A DNA stretch of 64,000 bases from an uncultured bacterium (lineage in GTDB: Bacteria > Bdellovibrionota_G > JALEGL01 > DATDPG01), in NCBI GenBank assembly GCA_964397255.1, contig CAYNHQ010000004.1, positions 186,480-250,479 on the forward strand, written 5' to 3'. The translations under genes were made by a program, and so were the position numbers. Numbering within the stretch: the first letter of the stretch is position 1; every line of letters begins with the position of its first letter. Below are positions 48,131 to 58,312 of the stretch, piece after piece. The notes under the pieces are model-generated. The model saw nothing but the letters and a program-made list of their open reading frames with translations. It searched no databases and was not told the DNA's origin.

Positions 48131-48225
48131 GGCGAATCTGCTATCACATTGAGCGGTCTTTACAACCTTGCGGCCCGGTGCGAAGATCCGCCTCCATAAA
48201 AGTTTCAATTTAGGAGGTTAGGTTC

Positions 48226-48804
48226 ATGCGAAAAATCATTGGAGTGAGTTCACTGGTACTTCTTTTTGCGGGATGTGTGGCGAGTACAAACCGGGTGGAT
48301 GTGACTGCCGACGAGCCTTTTTCGGACACCCAAACGGGCAGCAAAGATCTCCTCGCGGTGGCTCAAAACATGTCGCGATCGATGATCCAACTTCCACAAA
48401 TTGCGAACGCAAAAACCCCACCTCGCATTGCTTTTGCCGATGTGAAAAATGAAACGAATGAAATTATTAACAAGAATCTCTTTATCGAAAAAATGCGAAC
48501 CCTTCTTTTGAAGAATGCCTCGGGGAAAATGGTTTTTCTGGATCGCGAATTGAGCGAACAAATCGCGAAAGAACGGGAGGCCAAACGGAAAGGCGAAATC
48601 ACCAGTTCAGGCTCGAAAATGAAATCGGGCGCGGACTATTTTCTGACCGGTAAACTTTCGTCCATCGACAAGGTGGCGGGAGGAACCCGTTCCACGTATA
48701 CCCGCTATGCCTTTCGTCTCACCGACGCCGAATCAACCGACATCCTTTGGGAGGATGAATACGAAGTGAAAAAGATCGGTGAGGCGGGATTGTACGATCG
48801 ATAA
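48226..48804 (+). CDS. LpoB-like (penicillin-binding protein activator family, COG3417-like) lipoprotein
   Basis: RBS aggagg upstream. Lipobox LFAGC. C-terminal ADYFLTGKLSSIDKV...YTRYAFRLTDAESTDILWE pattern resembles LpoB (from memory). Confidence 0.4.
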   Translation: MRKIIGVSSLVLLFAGCVASTNRVDVTADEPFSDTQTGSKDLLAVAQNMSRSMIQLPQIANAKTPPRIAFADVKNETNEIINKNLFIEKMRTLLLKNASGKMVFLDRELSEQIAKEREAKRKGEITSSGSKMKSGADYFLTGKLSSIDKVAGGTRSTYTRYAFRLTDAESTDILWEDEYEVKKIGEAGLYDR

Positions 48805-48816
48805 CCCCGGACCTCA

Positions 48817-49968
48817 GTGAACCGAATTTGCGCTGCCGTTCTCTTTCTGAGCGGCGCGCTGATGGCCTGCAGCACTCATCTTCCAGCGGCGGGAGTCAAA
48901 GCCTACGATGCCTGCGACTATGCTCGAGCCACGAAAGTCTTTGAAGGAAAGGCGAACGAAGGGGACAAGAATTTTGTTCTTTATAATTTAGCGATTCTAA
49001 GTTCCGCCATCCATGGTGGGGATGAGGAAAAAGCGGAAAAAGCTTCCCAAGCCGCGCAGCAAACCATGTGGAGTGATGTCGGAAAGGGAAGAGGCGAAGC
49101 CAGCCTGGTCAGTGCCGAAGCGATTAAAATTTTTAAGGGTGAGCCTTTTGAAAAGGCGATGGCAGCCATCTATGGCGGGATTATCTATTATAATAAGGGG
49201 GACTACGATAATGCGCGCGCTTCATTTACCAAGGCGACGCTGGCGATTAAGCAAAAAGAGAAAAACCGCGACGACTTTGCGTTGGCCTATCTCCTCTTGG
49301 CGAAACTGGCGTTTAAGTTGGGAGAAGATGACAACGCCCGAATCGCGCTTGAGAATGTGAAGAAGGTTTATCCCCATCATCCCCTTCTTTCTCCGGAAAA
49401 ACTAAAAGCGGCGAATATCATTTTTCTCGCGGAGCTGGGAAAAATGCCGGAAAAGGTTCGAAAGGGGCCGGGAGGAAGTTTGATTGAATGGCAGCGGCGG
49501 AATTATCCGGAACGGGGAGTGGAGATTGAGATCGACGGAGCCGCCAAAGGAGAGGGAGCCGAGATCGCGGATCTAACCAATCAGGCAAGATCAAAGGGAT
49601 GGACTGGAAAAGACACAGTACAAATTACGAAGGGGATCACCCATGATGCCGCGGCTGCGACCACAGTGATTGCTGCGAATGAAGCGGCAAAGGGAAATGA
49701 AACGGCGGGTTGGGTGGCGCTGGGTGCCGGTCTCTTTATGTTGGCGGATCAGTCGAAAGCCGACACACGCGAGTGGGAACTGTTGCCTGATCGCATTCTC
49801 ACGTTTGGAACTCATTTGGCACCGGGCCGGCATGAGGTGAGAGTTCGATTTTACGCCGAGGGAAAGTCTCCTCTTCCCCGATACGATCAGCTCTGGTACT
49901 ACGACATACAAACGGGAGAGGAACGGATGGTTTTGGTCCGTGGACAACCGTGTCCACCGAAATCTTAG
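48817..49968 (+). CDS. Hypothetical large lipoprotein (COG4259-like?)
   Basis: Lipobox LMAC. 383 aa of mixed alpha/beta composition. Follows the LpoB-like gene with a 12-nt gap. Confidence 0.4.
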   Translation: MNRICAAVLFLSGALMACSTHLPAAGVKAYDACDYARATKVFEGKANEGDKNFVLYNLAILSSAIHGGDEEKAEKASQAAQQTMWSDVGKGRGEASLVSAEAIKIFKGEPFEKAMAAIYGGIIYYNKGDYDNARASFTKATLAIKQKEKNRDDFALAYLLLAKLAFKLGEDDNARIALENVKKVYPHHPLLSPEKLKAANIIFLAELGKMPEKVRKGPGGSLIEWQRRNYPERGVEIEIDGAAKGEGAEIADLTNQARSKGWTGKDTVQITKGITHDAAAATTVIAANEAAKGNETAGWVALGAGLFMLADQSKADTREWELLPDRILTFGTHLAPGRHEVRVRFYAEGKSPLPRYDQLWYYDIQTGEERMVLVRGQPCPPKS

Positions 49969-49982
49969 GGATGGAGGTTAAA

Positions 49983-50372
49983 ATGAAGCGACTATTGATT
50001 GGAATCTTTTTAATTGCGGGGCTGGGGTGCGGTCCATATAAGCCGACTTCCAGTGAAACGCCTCTCCAAGAAACTGAAAAGGTGTTGCTTCTGGATCATG
50101 GATTGACCTACCGGATTCATGTCGTGAAAGAAGCCAGCACCCGTCTCGCCGGAGGCCAGTTCGAAGTCAAAATGGAAATTGAAAACAAATGGAATGACGA
50201 TGTGTGGGTCGATATTCAGACGATTTTCCGTGGAACCGATGGATTTGAAATAGAAAAGACCGACTGGGAGCCTTTCTTGCTCCATCGCCGGACGGTCACT
50301 TTGTTTCAAAGAAACTCACTCAATACCGCCGCCGCCGACTACCGCATTCTGATCCGGAACGTCAGAAATTAG
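49983..50372 (+). CDS. Small lipoprotein, YcfL/DUF1425-like
   Basis: Start at the internal ATG MKRLLIGIFLIAGLGCG (lipobox). ~130 aa, all-beta-like composition. Confidence 0.35.
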   Translation: MKRLLIGIFLIAGLGCGPYKPTSSETPLQETEKVLLLDHGLTYRIHVVKEASTRLAGGQFEVKMEIENKWNDDVWVDIQTIFRGTDGFEIEKTDWEPFLLHRRTVTLFQRNSLNTAAADYRILIRNVRN

Positions 50373-50425
50373 GCCGTATCTTGACTGCCGAAGCGACCTG
50401 CCGTCATTGCTCGATTTCATGTAGG

Positions 50426-50455
50426 TTGACACAAACATATACACATTTATATACT
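50426..50455 (+). promoter_or_regulatory. Sigma70-like promoter (TTGACA-18-TATACT) driving the toxin-antitoxin operon, apparently leaderless
   Basis: ttgaca at 50426-50431 and tatact at 50450-50455. The antitoxin ATG at 50462 is about 7 nt downstream. Confidence 0.35.
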
Positions 50456-50461
50456 CGTGGT

Positions 50462-50737
50462 ATGAAGAAGGTGAATGCACTGACTTTGCGGCAATCTCTG
50501 GGTAAGGTCCTGAGGGACCTTGCCCGAAATGAGGGTCCGATTCTCGTGGAAAAAGGGCGGGAGCCCGCGGCCGTGCTGATCTCGGTGAAGGACTTCCGCG
50601 AACGATTCGTAGATAAACATGCCGCCGAGGAACGCAAGACCCTGGTCGAACACATGATCGCCCTACGAAAACGGAAAGGGAAGTCTAATACGAGCTCTCT
50701 CGACATTTTGAGAAGTCTTCGAGGCCCTCTGCCTTGA
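50462..50737 (+). CDS. Type II antitoxin, Phd/YefM-like
   Basis: MKKVNALTLRQSLGKVLRDLARNEGPILVEKGREPAAVLISVKDF is the Phd/YefM fold signature. Overlaps the PIN toxin by ATGA. Confidence 0.6.
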   Translation: MKKVNALTLRQSLGKVLRDLARNEGPILVEKGREPAAVLISVKDFRERFVDKHAAEERKTLVEHMIALRKRKGKSNTSSLDILRSLRGPLP

Positions 50738-51138
50738 TTCGGGTAGTCGATGCCTCCGTTGCGACCAAATGGTTTCGGGAAGAAAAGGGCTCCGATCGAG
50801 CGCGTGAATACTTGTTTGAAATACAGGAACGTCCGGAGGCATTTGCAGTCCCCGAGCTTTTCTTCTTTGAAGTACATGCCGTCCTTCTTCGGTTGTTGGA
50901 GGCGAGGGATGTGGAGGAAGCCCTTCAAGGCCTATTGAAACTTGGTGTAAGGCGCTATCCAATGGATGAAGGCCTCTCCCATTGCGCTTGTGAAATTGTT
51001 TCCAAATTCAAGTTGACGGGATACGACGCTGCTTACGCGGCCCTGGCTAAACTCCTTCGAGGTAAGTGGTTGACTTTCGACGGCGAAGCCGTCAGCCGGC
51101 TGCAAGGAGCGAACTACGCGCTCTGTCTCGATTCCTAA
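50734..51138 (+). CDS. vapC: PIN-domain toxin VapC
   Basis: MIRVVDASVATKWF...ELFFFEVHAVLL...GYDAAYAALA... carries the acidic PIN residues. Confidence 0.75.
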   Translation: MIRVVDASVATKWFREEKGSDRAREYLFEIQERPEAFAVPELFFFEVHAVLLRLLEARDVEEALQGLLKLGVRRYPMDEGLSHCACEIVSKFKLTGYDAAYAALAKLLRGKWLTFDGEAVSRLQGANYALCLDS

Positions 51139-51167
51139 TTTAGAATATGGAATGCAAGTTCGAATCG

Positions 51168-52058
51168 TCAAAATCCCCCCGTCATTTTGAGGGCGATGGG
51201 GACGAAGAGAAGGATAAAGACGACTGGAAAAATACATATAATGAGGGGGGCGAGCATTTTCACGGGGGCTTTTTGAGCGAGAGCTTCGGCTTGGCTGAAG
51301 ATTTCGCGGCGCAGAGTTTCCGATTGAAGGCGAAGTAGGCTTCCTAAGCTCGATCCAAGCTGCTCCGATTGAGCGATACTGGAAGCCCAGAGGGACATGG
51401 CCTCGACCCCGGTTCGATTCGCCATATCCTGGAAAGCTACGGAACGAAGCGTTCCCATTCGAATCGATTTCAATGTGATGAGAAGCTCTTCCCGCAACGG
51501 ATTGTTTTGATCTCGCCCTACCACCTCTTCAATTGCTACGATCAAATCGAGACCAGCTTCGAGGGCGAGGGTGATGAGATCCAGGTAATAAGGGAAGCAC
51601 AGCACAATCGCCCGTTGCCGTTTTCGGATCTGACTATTGAGAGTTTGAGCCGGGAGAAAATAGCCTGCGGTGGCAAACAGGATCGCTAGGAAAGGAGTAT
51701 CGAGTACGGACCAAAAAACCAACCCGAGGATACTTCCCCCCACGCTCAACAGAATTTGTTTCGCTAGAAAATGTGGCGCTTCTCCAGCCGGTCTTCCAGC
51801 CCGCTCCAATTTCTTCGCGAGTCCAGCGAATATTGTGGGTGAAACGCGGCCGGTCAGCCACTGGCTGAAATCCGCCGATAATCGAGTGCTTCCCTGTTTT
51901 GGGTTTTTGAAAAGTTGGGGGTTGACTCCCGCAGGAACCCATTTCGCCAATCGTGTGCGGTATCCCCAAATGAGATATCCGAGCGCCGAACCCCAACAAC
52001 CAATAGCCAATAATTCCATCATCGGATGAGCTCCATTTTGCTGATCTTGTAAACCCAT
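51168..52058 (-). CDS. tadC: Tad/type II secretion system F-family inner membrane protein TadC
   Basis: T2SSF-like: ...LITLKSIRMGTLRSVAFQDMANRTGVEAMS... with 3 TM segments. Confidence 0.7.
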   Translation of the reverse strand: MGLQDQQNGAHPMMELLAIGCWGSALGYLIWGYRTRLAKWVPAGVNPQLFKNPKQGSTRLSADFSQWLTGRVSPTIFAGLAKKLERAGRPAGEAPHFLAKQILLSVGGSILGLVFWSVLDTPFLAILFATAGYFLPAQTLNSQIRKRQRAIVLCFPYYLDLITLALEAGLDLIVAIEEVVGRDQNNPLREELLITLKSIRMGTLRSVAFQDMANRTGVEAMSLWASSIAQSEQLGSSLGSLLRLQSETLRREIFSQAEALAQKAPVKMLAPLIICIFPVVFILLFVPIALKMTGGF

Positions 52059-52957
52059 GTTCCGCCGACGCTGAGAAGAACGATCGATACGGCGATCGCC
52101 AAGTGTCCCGCCGATGTTCGGAAAAGTGGGGAAAGATAGTCGGGTGCCAAAAAATTCATTCCAACCGTCAGTAAAATCGGCATAGCGATCGCTACCATCG
52201 CCTGCACTTTCCCCTGCGCCGTTAAAGCCGTGAGGCGGTCTCGAAGCGCAGCTCGCGCCCGGATCATCTCCGCTACGCGATCAAAAGCTTCGGAAAGGTT
52301 CGATCCGACACGCCGAGAAATCGAAACGGCGCTCGAGACCAGCTCCAGATCACGGCTCGGATAGCGAAGGCAGAGATTCTTCATCGCCTCTTCCATTGTG
52401 GTTCCCAGACGCAGCTCCTTTGCGACGATCTGGAATTCCTGAGAAAGTGGAGCAGGCTGCGTTCGAATCAGTGATTCAATCGCGCGATCAAATGTATGCC
52501 CCGCATGAAGAATGGCCGAGAGCTGAGGCAGGACCAAACCAAATTGCTTCTGAAAAAGTGTCTGGCGGCGGTTTCGAATATGCCGTAAAAGTAAAATCGG
52601 TATTCCGATCGCAAGGAGGAGCGAGCCAAAGAAGGGCCATGGCGAAAGGGTAACAAACGAGACGAGGCCACCAACGGCAGCCATACATAACAAGCTTTTT
52701 CTTAGCGCCGTCGGATTTACAAAGAGAAATTGTTCTGAGAGCCCGTATCGAACATTTTCTTCCCATTCATTCTCCACCACCAAAAGCTTGGTTTGATAGC
52801 GGCTCACCAGGTTCGTGGCGATCCAAAAAAGAGATGCCGCGATAAAGAGAGCGCTAAGCCAAAGCACGGAGTTCTCCAAGGTTGAGGATATCCACAAAAC
52901 GCTGGCGTTCCTGAGACGAAAGCTGGTCGGCGAATCGGGGAAGACGTCCGGTGGCAT
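52019..52957 (-). CDS. tadB: Tad/type II secretion system F-family inner membrane protein TadB
   Basis: T2SSF-like. Probable GTG start near 52863-52866 (VLWLSALF...), giving a short overlap with cpaF. The track start at 52957 overlaps cpaF by 104 nt. Confidence 0.7.
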   Translation of the reverse strand: MPPDVFPDSPTSFRLRNASVLWISSTLENSVLWLSALFIAASLFWIATNLVSRYQTKLLVVENEWEENVRYGLSEQFLFVNPTALRKSLLCMAAVGGLVSFVTLSPWPFFGSLLLAIGIPILLLRHIRNRRQTLFQKQFGLVLPQLSAILHAGHTFDRAIESLIRTQPAPLSQEFQIVAKELRLGTTMEEAMKNLCLRYPSRDLELVSSAVSISRRVGSNLSEAFDRVAEMIRARAALRDRLTALTAQGKVQAMVAIAMPILLTVGMNFLAPDYLSPLFRTSAGHLAIAVSIVLLSVGGTWVYKISKMELIR

Positions 52958-54140
52958 GAAGCCCTTCCACGCCGGGGCGTCGAAGAAAGAGATCCTGCGA
53001 TTGAATCGTTCCGTCCTCGGTTCCGCAAATTTCCGTCACATGCGTCACTTTTCGAGTTCCATCGGAGCATCGAGCCTGAAAGACGATGAGGTCGATCGCA
53101 CTGGCGATCTGTTCGCGAATCGCGCGCAGCGGGAGATCGAAACCTGCCATCATCACCATGGTCTCCAGGCGAAGAAGGGCATCGCGCGGAGAGTTCGCAT
53201 GAGCGGTAGTGAGCGAACCATCATGGCCAGTGTTCATGGCTTGAAGCATGTCGAGAGCTTCGCCCCCACGGCATTCGCCCACGACAATCCGATCGGGGCG
53301 CATGCGGAGGGCATTGCGGACAAGGTCACGGATGGAGACCTCTCCACGACCTTCAACATTTGCCGGGCGAGCTTCCAGCGAAACCACATGAGGTTGCGGA
53401 AGTTTCAATTCGGCGGCGTCCTCTACCGTCAAAATTCGTTCATGACTTGGGATGAATCCTGAAAGAGCGTTGAGAAGAGTCGTTTTTCCCGAACCGGTTC
53501 CTCCTGCGATCAAAACATTCTTTCGAATACGAACGGCATCATTAAGAAAAAAGGCGGCTTGTTTGGTGAGCGAACCGAATTCAATGAGCCGTTCGACGGA
53601 AATGGGGGTCTTTGAGAATTTTCGAATGGTGATCGTAGGTCCATTTAGCGCGAGCGGCGGAATAATGGCATTCACCCGTGAACCATCGGCCAGACGTGCA
53701 TCGACCATAGGAGAAGACTCATCGATTCGACGGCCCAGAGGAGTGACGATTCGATCGATGATCGTCCGGAGAGATGCATCGCTCGAAAACGTCGCCAGAG
53801 TCTGCTGAATCTTTCCTTTTTGTTCGATAAAGATTCGATCTTTGCCGTTTACCATGATTTCCGTAACGGTCGGATCGCGAAGCAGCTTTTCCAAGGGTCC
53901 GAGTCCGACGGCTTCGTCGACAATGTCGGAAACCAATTCGTCGTCTACGGAGAGACGACCCTGGGCATCGATTTTGTCGAGACATTGTTTGACCAGCGCT
54001 TCGACTTTGGCACGCAATTCGGGACCTCGAAGCTGAGCGTAGTCGGTCTTTCGAAGATCGATGATCTCCAGAAGGTTGTTTAAGAGAAACTCCTTCGATC
54101 GATTCCGAACATTTTGTGAAAGGGTGGTGTTCATGATCAA
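52854..54140 (-). CDS. cpaF: Tad/Flp pilus assembly ATPase CpaF/TadA
   Basis: Walker [18 protein letters not shown]; secretion ATPase Asp/His boxes. Confidence 0.85.
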   Translation of the reverse strand: MIMNTTLSQNVRNRSKEFLLNNLLEIIDLRKTDYAQLRGPELRAKVEALVKQCLDKIDAQGRLSVDDELVSDIVDEAVGLGPLEKLLRDPTVTEIMVNGKDRIFIEQKGKIQQTLATFSSDASLRTIIDRIVTPLGRRIDESSPMVDARLADGSRVNAIIPPLALNGPTITIRKFSKTPISVERLIEFGSLTKQAAFFLNDAVRIRKNVLIAGGTGSGKTTLLNALSGFIPSHERILTVEDAAELKLPQPHVVSLEARPANVEGRGEVSIRDLVRNALRMRPDRIVVGECRGGEALDMLQAMNTGHDGSLTTAHANSPRDALLRLETMVMMAGFDLPLRAIREQIASAIDLIVFQARCSDGTRKVTHVTEICGTEDGTIQSQDLFLRRPGVEGLHATGRLPRFADQLSSQERQRFVDILNLGELRALA

Positions 54141-55540
54141 TCCAGAATCGAGAGTTTGAGTTCCTTATCAAACCGCTTGGAGTGCTCATCCGCTTTCTTA
54201 AGCGTCTGTCGTGCGACCGTACTGGTTGCATCTCCAGAGAATGGGGTAAGGAAGATGACGAACTCAGATTCATTTTTCTGAAAGGATCGGCTTTTGAATA
54301 GCTCACCCAAAATCGGCACGTGTCCGAGGAAGGGAACTTTCTCCACATTCTTGCGGGATCGATCTTCAATTAAACCTCCCAGGACGATCGTGTCGCCCAA
54401 GCGGAGATTTGCCGCAGTTTTGACTCGATGTTCGAGGATGCCGGGAATGTTGTCGATCGCCGTAGAGGAATCGAGATCGGAAATTTTGCTTTCAATTTCA
54501 AGATAGACTCTTCGCGACTGGTCGATCTTTGCCTTGATTTCGAGTTTTACACCGTACTCTTTGAAGATGACGTCCGCTGTGCGTTCCCCCACGACTCGAA
54601 TCGGGATTTCGCCCCCTGCGAGGAAGGATGCGGGCGTTCCGTTCCGACAGAGAAGCTTGGGGTTGGAAAGAACCTTGGCAAGCCCTTTGGCGACCATGGC
54701 TTTGAGGTTCAGGGTGGGTTTTTCGCCCCCGATATTGATGATTCCCGACCAACCGGCCCCGCCGCCGAAACTAGCTGAAGCGTCACTTGAAATGCTGTTC
54801 GGCCAATCGAGACCCACGTCACCGAGAGAATTTTTTCGGATCTCCATCATCTTCACATCCACCAAGATCAAAGGCTCGGCGGACACGCCGACGGAAATGG
54901 AATTGGAAACTTTGGAATAAATGGATTTCGCGAGATTCTCCGCGCGTGCGATATCGCCTTTGCGCGATACTTCTCCTTCCAGAAAAATCGTGTCGACTTC
55001 GCTCCGGACGGTTACTTGCTCAAGACCCGCCTTTTCAAGCCGCTCGGCGATCTGATGCCCCATGTATTCCAGCGCCTGAGGATTTACACGTGTATTGTCC
55101 TTCACATTGGAATAATTCTTCGTAATTTTCGCGATCTTTTCGAGATCTTCGCCTCGGAACACCTGTCCTTCGAGTGTTAAATTTCCTCCTGTTCTTCGAA
55201 GCGAGACCCCTTCCATTCCATCGAGCATTGCCCGCACTTCCTGTTCGATATTTCTTCCTTTCGTATTCACTTCGATGAGATAGGATTTTTTCGATCCATC
55301 TCGAAACCAAAGGATGAGATCCGTAGTGCCTCGTTTAGCGCCGGTCACAATGACTTGTTGAGCATCGGGGAGGGCCTTCACGTCCGCCACATCGGGGTCA
55401 CCGATGGCCGCGCGCTTTACTCCGGGGGATGAAATCACATGTTGACGGCCGGGAGCGATTGTGATCGTTTCCGCCGCCTTCGCCGATGTGATGCATAAGA
55501 GACTCAAAAGAATTTGAAATATTTTTTTCGCGTTTTTCAT
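54137..55540 (-). CDS. cpaC: Secretin CpaC/RcpA (type II/III secretion secretin family)
   Basis: Signal peptide, BON-like N-domain, C-terminal secretin motif [30 protein letters not shown]. Confidence 0.8.
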   Translation of the reverse strand: MKNAKKIFQILLSLLCITSAKAAETITIAPGRQHVISSPGVKRAAIGDPDVADVKALPDAQQVIVTGAKRGTTDLILWFRDGSKKSYLIEVNTKGRNIEQEVRAMLDGMEGVSLRRTGGNLTLEGQVFRGEDLEKIAKITKNYSNVKDNTRVNPQALEYMGHQIAERLEKAGLEQVTVRSEVDTIFLEGEVSRKGDIARAENLAKSIYSKVSNSISVGVSAEPLILVDVKMMEIRKNSLGDVGLDWPNSISSDASASFGGGAGWSGIINIGGEKPTLNLKAMVAKGLAKVLSNPKLLCRNGTPASFLAGGEIPIRVVGERTADVIFKEYGVKLEIKAKIDQSRRVYLEIESKISDLDSSTAIDNIPGILEHRVKTAANLRLGDTIVLGGLIEDRSRKNVEKVPFLGHVPILGELFKSRSFQKNESEFVIFLTPFSGDATSTVARQTLKKADEHSKRFDKELKLSILD

Positions 55541-55720
55541 ACCCCCTGCTATGGCAATCGAAGTGCCAACGCGCGAAAACGCGCAACTGCTTGATATAAA
55601 AGGAATAAAATCTCAGACTCTTCGGCATGACTGGACGAAAGAAAGTCAACAGAGATCGATTTTCGGACGGAAGAAAATCTCTCTTGGGTCATACCGTTTT
55701 CCAGCTAGAATCGCGGTTCC

Positions 55721-56809
55721 TTGAATACCGTTGAGCAATTATTACGAAAGCTTCCTGAAATGGGGGCTTCCGACCTCCATATCGCGGCCAGCATGCCCCC
55801 CTTGGTTCGCGTGCATGGCCTGCTAAAGCCTCTGTCTGTACCCCCATTCCGACCGGAAGAAACCGAACAAATGATCGGTGCGATACTAAATGACGAACAA
55901 AAAAAGGGATTTTCGGAGAAGTGGGATATCGATTTTTGTTACGAGATTCCGGAAGTCGGTCGTTTTCGCGCTAACGTGTTGCGACAGCGTAACGGCATGG
56001 ATGCCGTTTTTCGTTATATCCCAAACAAGATTCCAACGCCGAAGGATTTGGGACTTAACGACACGATTGTTAATTTCGTGAATTTAAATCAGGGGCTCAT
56101 CCTGGTTACGGGACCGACTCGGAGCGGAAAGACCACCACTCTGGCAGCGCTCATTCAAACCATTAATGAACGAGAGCCGGTTCATATTATTACGGTGGAA
56201 GACCCGATAGAGTTCATTTTCCCTCCCGGCCGTGCGCTGATCAATCAGCGCGAGGTGGGAAAACACACCAAGAGCACGGCCGCTGCTTTGCGTGGAGCCC
56301 TACGCGAAGACCCCGACATTATTATGGTGGGCGAAATGCGGGATCTGGAAACCATTTCGCTCGCGATCTCAGCCGCGGAAACGGGTCACTTGGTATTGAG
56401 CACGCTTCAAACGCAAAGCGCCCACAAGACCGTCGATCGAATTGTGGATTCGTATCCGGCGACTCAGGCCTCGCAAATTCGAACCATGCTTTCCGAATCT
56501 TTACGAGGAATCTGTTCACAGCAGTTGTTAAAGAAGGCCGACAATAGTGGCATGGTCTTAGCGACGGAAATATTGGTCACGACCACATCCATTTCAAATC
56601 TCATTCGCGACGGAAAAACCTTCCAGATTCCCTCCATCATGCAAACGGGTGCCACTTTGGGAATGAAAAAGATGGATACCGCTCTTGCAGAATTGGTTCG
56701 CGACAAGGTGATTACAAGAGAAGAGGCTCTGCGGGCCGCGCATCACAAGAAGGAAGTGGATGCGCCCCTCGCGGTAAAGAAAACAGGAGTTCAGCGTGGC
56801 CAAGCTTGA
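55721..56809 (+). CDS. pilT: Type IV pilus retraction ATPase PilT family
   Basis: Walker A GPTRSGKTT; Asp box IITVEDPIEF; His box; PilT C-terminal region. Confidence 0.85.
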   Translation: MNTVEQLLRKLPEMGASDLHIAASMPPLVRVHGLLKPLSVPPFRPEETEQMIGAILNDEQKKGFSEKWDIDFCYEIPEVGRFRANVLRQRNGMDAVFRYIPNKIPTPKDLGLNDTIVNFVNLNQGLILVTGPTRSGKTTTLAALIQTINEREPVHIITVEDPIEFIFPPGRALINQREVGKHTKSTAAALRGALREDPDIIMVGEMRDLETISLAISAAETGHLVLSTLQTQSAHKTVDRIVDSYPATQASQIRTMLSESLRGICSQQLLKKADNSGMVLATEILVTTTSISNLIRDGKTFQIPSIMQTGATLGMKKMDTALAELVRDKVITREEALRAAHHKKEVDAPLAVKKTGVQRGQA

Positions 56810-57848
56810 TCGACTCTTTATAGAGCTTAAGGAACGGGGGGCTTCGGACCTTCATCTCTCCGTCGGATTTCCCCCAATGCTGCGTGTTCATGGCGAAGTT
56901 ATGCCGCTTAAAATTCCGCCTCTCACCGATGATCAACTGAAACAGTTGGTATTTGAAATCATGCGACCCGAGCAAGTTGAAATCGCCACGCGGGAATGGG
57001 ATCTCGATTTTGCCTATTCCATTGAAAATGTGGCGCGATTTAGAGCCAACGTTTTTTTCACACATCGCGGTATGGCCGCAGTGTTTCGTATCATTCCCGC
57101 CGAAATCAAGCACATCGATGCGATGGGATTTCCTCCCGCGGTTAAGAAATTAGCGGAACTTGAAAAGGGAATGGTCTTGGTGACGGGCCCGACGGGAAGC
57201 GGAAAGTCGACGACTCTCGCTTCAATGATCAACCACATCAATGAAACACGGGAAGCGCACATTATCACGATTGAGGACCCCATTGAGTTTGTTCATCCAC
57301 CGAAGAAGTGTCTGGTGACGCAAAGGGAAGTTCATTATCACGCGCGAAGTTTCGCTACCGCTCTTCGAGCAGCTTGTCGGGAAGATCCCGATGTCATTTT
57401 GGTGGGCGAAATGCGCGACGTCGAAACCATCGGTCTTGCGCTCACTGCCGCAGAATTAGGAGTCCTCATTTTCGGTACGTTGCATACCAATAGTGCAGGA
57501 AAAACCGTGGATCGAATCATTGATGTTTTTCCGGTAGAAGCACAGGCGCAAGTGCGAACAATGCTTGCCGATTCTCTCAAGGGTGTGATTGCGCAACAGT
57601 TGATTCGAACATCGGATGGCAGAGGAAGGGCAGCGGCGCTTGAAATCATGGTCGGGGGGTCGGCGCTGGCGAATTTAGTCCGAGAAGGGAAAACGACTCA
57701 AATCGCTTCCATGATTCAAACAGGTGCCTCGGAAGGAATGGTCTTAATGGATCAGTCGCTCATGGCGCTGGTAAAAGCGGGAAAGATTGATCGGCAGGAG
57801 GCCGCATTGAGGGCAATGGATAAAAAGCCATTCGAGACAACCGCATGA
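56796..57848 (+). CDS. pilU: Second PilT-family ATPase (PilU-like paralog)
   Basis: Walker A GPTGSGKST; IITIEDPIEF; GEMRD. 14-nt overlap with the first pilT. Confidence 0.8.
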   Translation: MAKLDRLFIELKERGASDLHLSVGFPPMLRVHGEVMPLKIPPLTDDQLKQLVFEIMRPEQVEIATREWDLDFAYSIENVARFRANVFFTHRGMAAVFRIIPAEIKHIDAMGFPPAVKKLAELEKGMVLVTGPTGSGKSTTLASMINHINETREAHIITIEDPIEFVHPPKKCLVTQREVHYHARSFATALRAACREDPDVILVGEMRDVETIGLALTAAELGVLIFGTLHTNSAGKTVDRIIDVFPVEAQAQVRTMLADSLKGVIAQQLIRTSDGRGRAAALEIMVGGSALANLVREGKTTQIASMIQTGASEGMVLMDQSLMALVKAGKIDRQEAALRAMDKKPFETTA

Positions 57849-58312
57849 GTCAATTTCTTATTAAAAAAACCAAGAGAGAAGTTGTGCTTCATGTGGCGGG
57901 GCACAAACCGATCAAGGGGAATGTATTTCTTAGCGAAGTGACTACCGCGCATCACGGGGCAGAACGTGTGTTGGATGTGCTAGCGGCGCCCGAGCCTTTT
58001 ATCGCCTTCGAAACGGAGAAAAAAGATTTTTGGATGGTTCAAAAAAAGGCGATCGAAAAAATTGTCGTGGATGCAGAATACGAACTCGAAATTATGAGAT
58101 CATACGGTGCCGGCGTGGCCAAACTCAAAGACGTGCTTGTGGTGATGACGGACGGGAAGGAAGAACTCGGCGTGGTTTGGGTGGAATCGCAGGAGCCGTG
58201 GAGGGCATTTGATGAGGTCAACCGGAGCAAAAATTTTCTGTTATTGGATTGCGGAAAGAGCGTTCAACTGATCGGATTTGCTTCAATCGCGACGATTAAG
58301 GAACCGCCTTAA
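57845..58312 (+). CDS. Hypothetical protein translationally coupled (ATGA) to the second PilT paralog
   Basis: 155 aa, no recognisable domain. Confidence 0.35.
   Translation: MSQFLIKKTKREVVLHVAGHKPIKGNVFLSEVTTAHHGAERVLDVLAAPEPFIAFETEKKDFWMVQKKAIEKIVVDAEYELEIMRSYGAGVAKLKDVLVVMTDGKEELGVVWVESQEPWRAFDEVNRSKNFLLLDCGKSVQLIGFASIATIKEPP

Noticed and set aside
55541-55720. Search for an flp-type pilin ORF upstream of cpaC
   Set aside because: Reading both strands of the intergenic region by eye found no short ORF with a G/XXXXEY prepilin motif. This was done by hand, so a very short pilin could still be missed.
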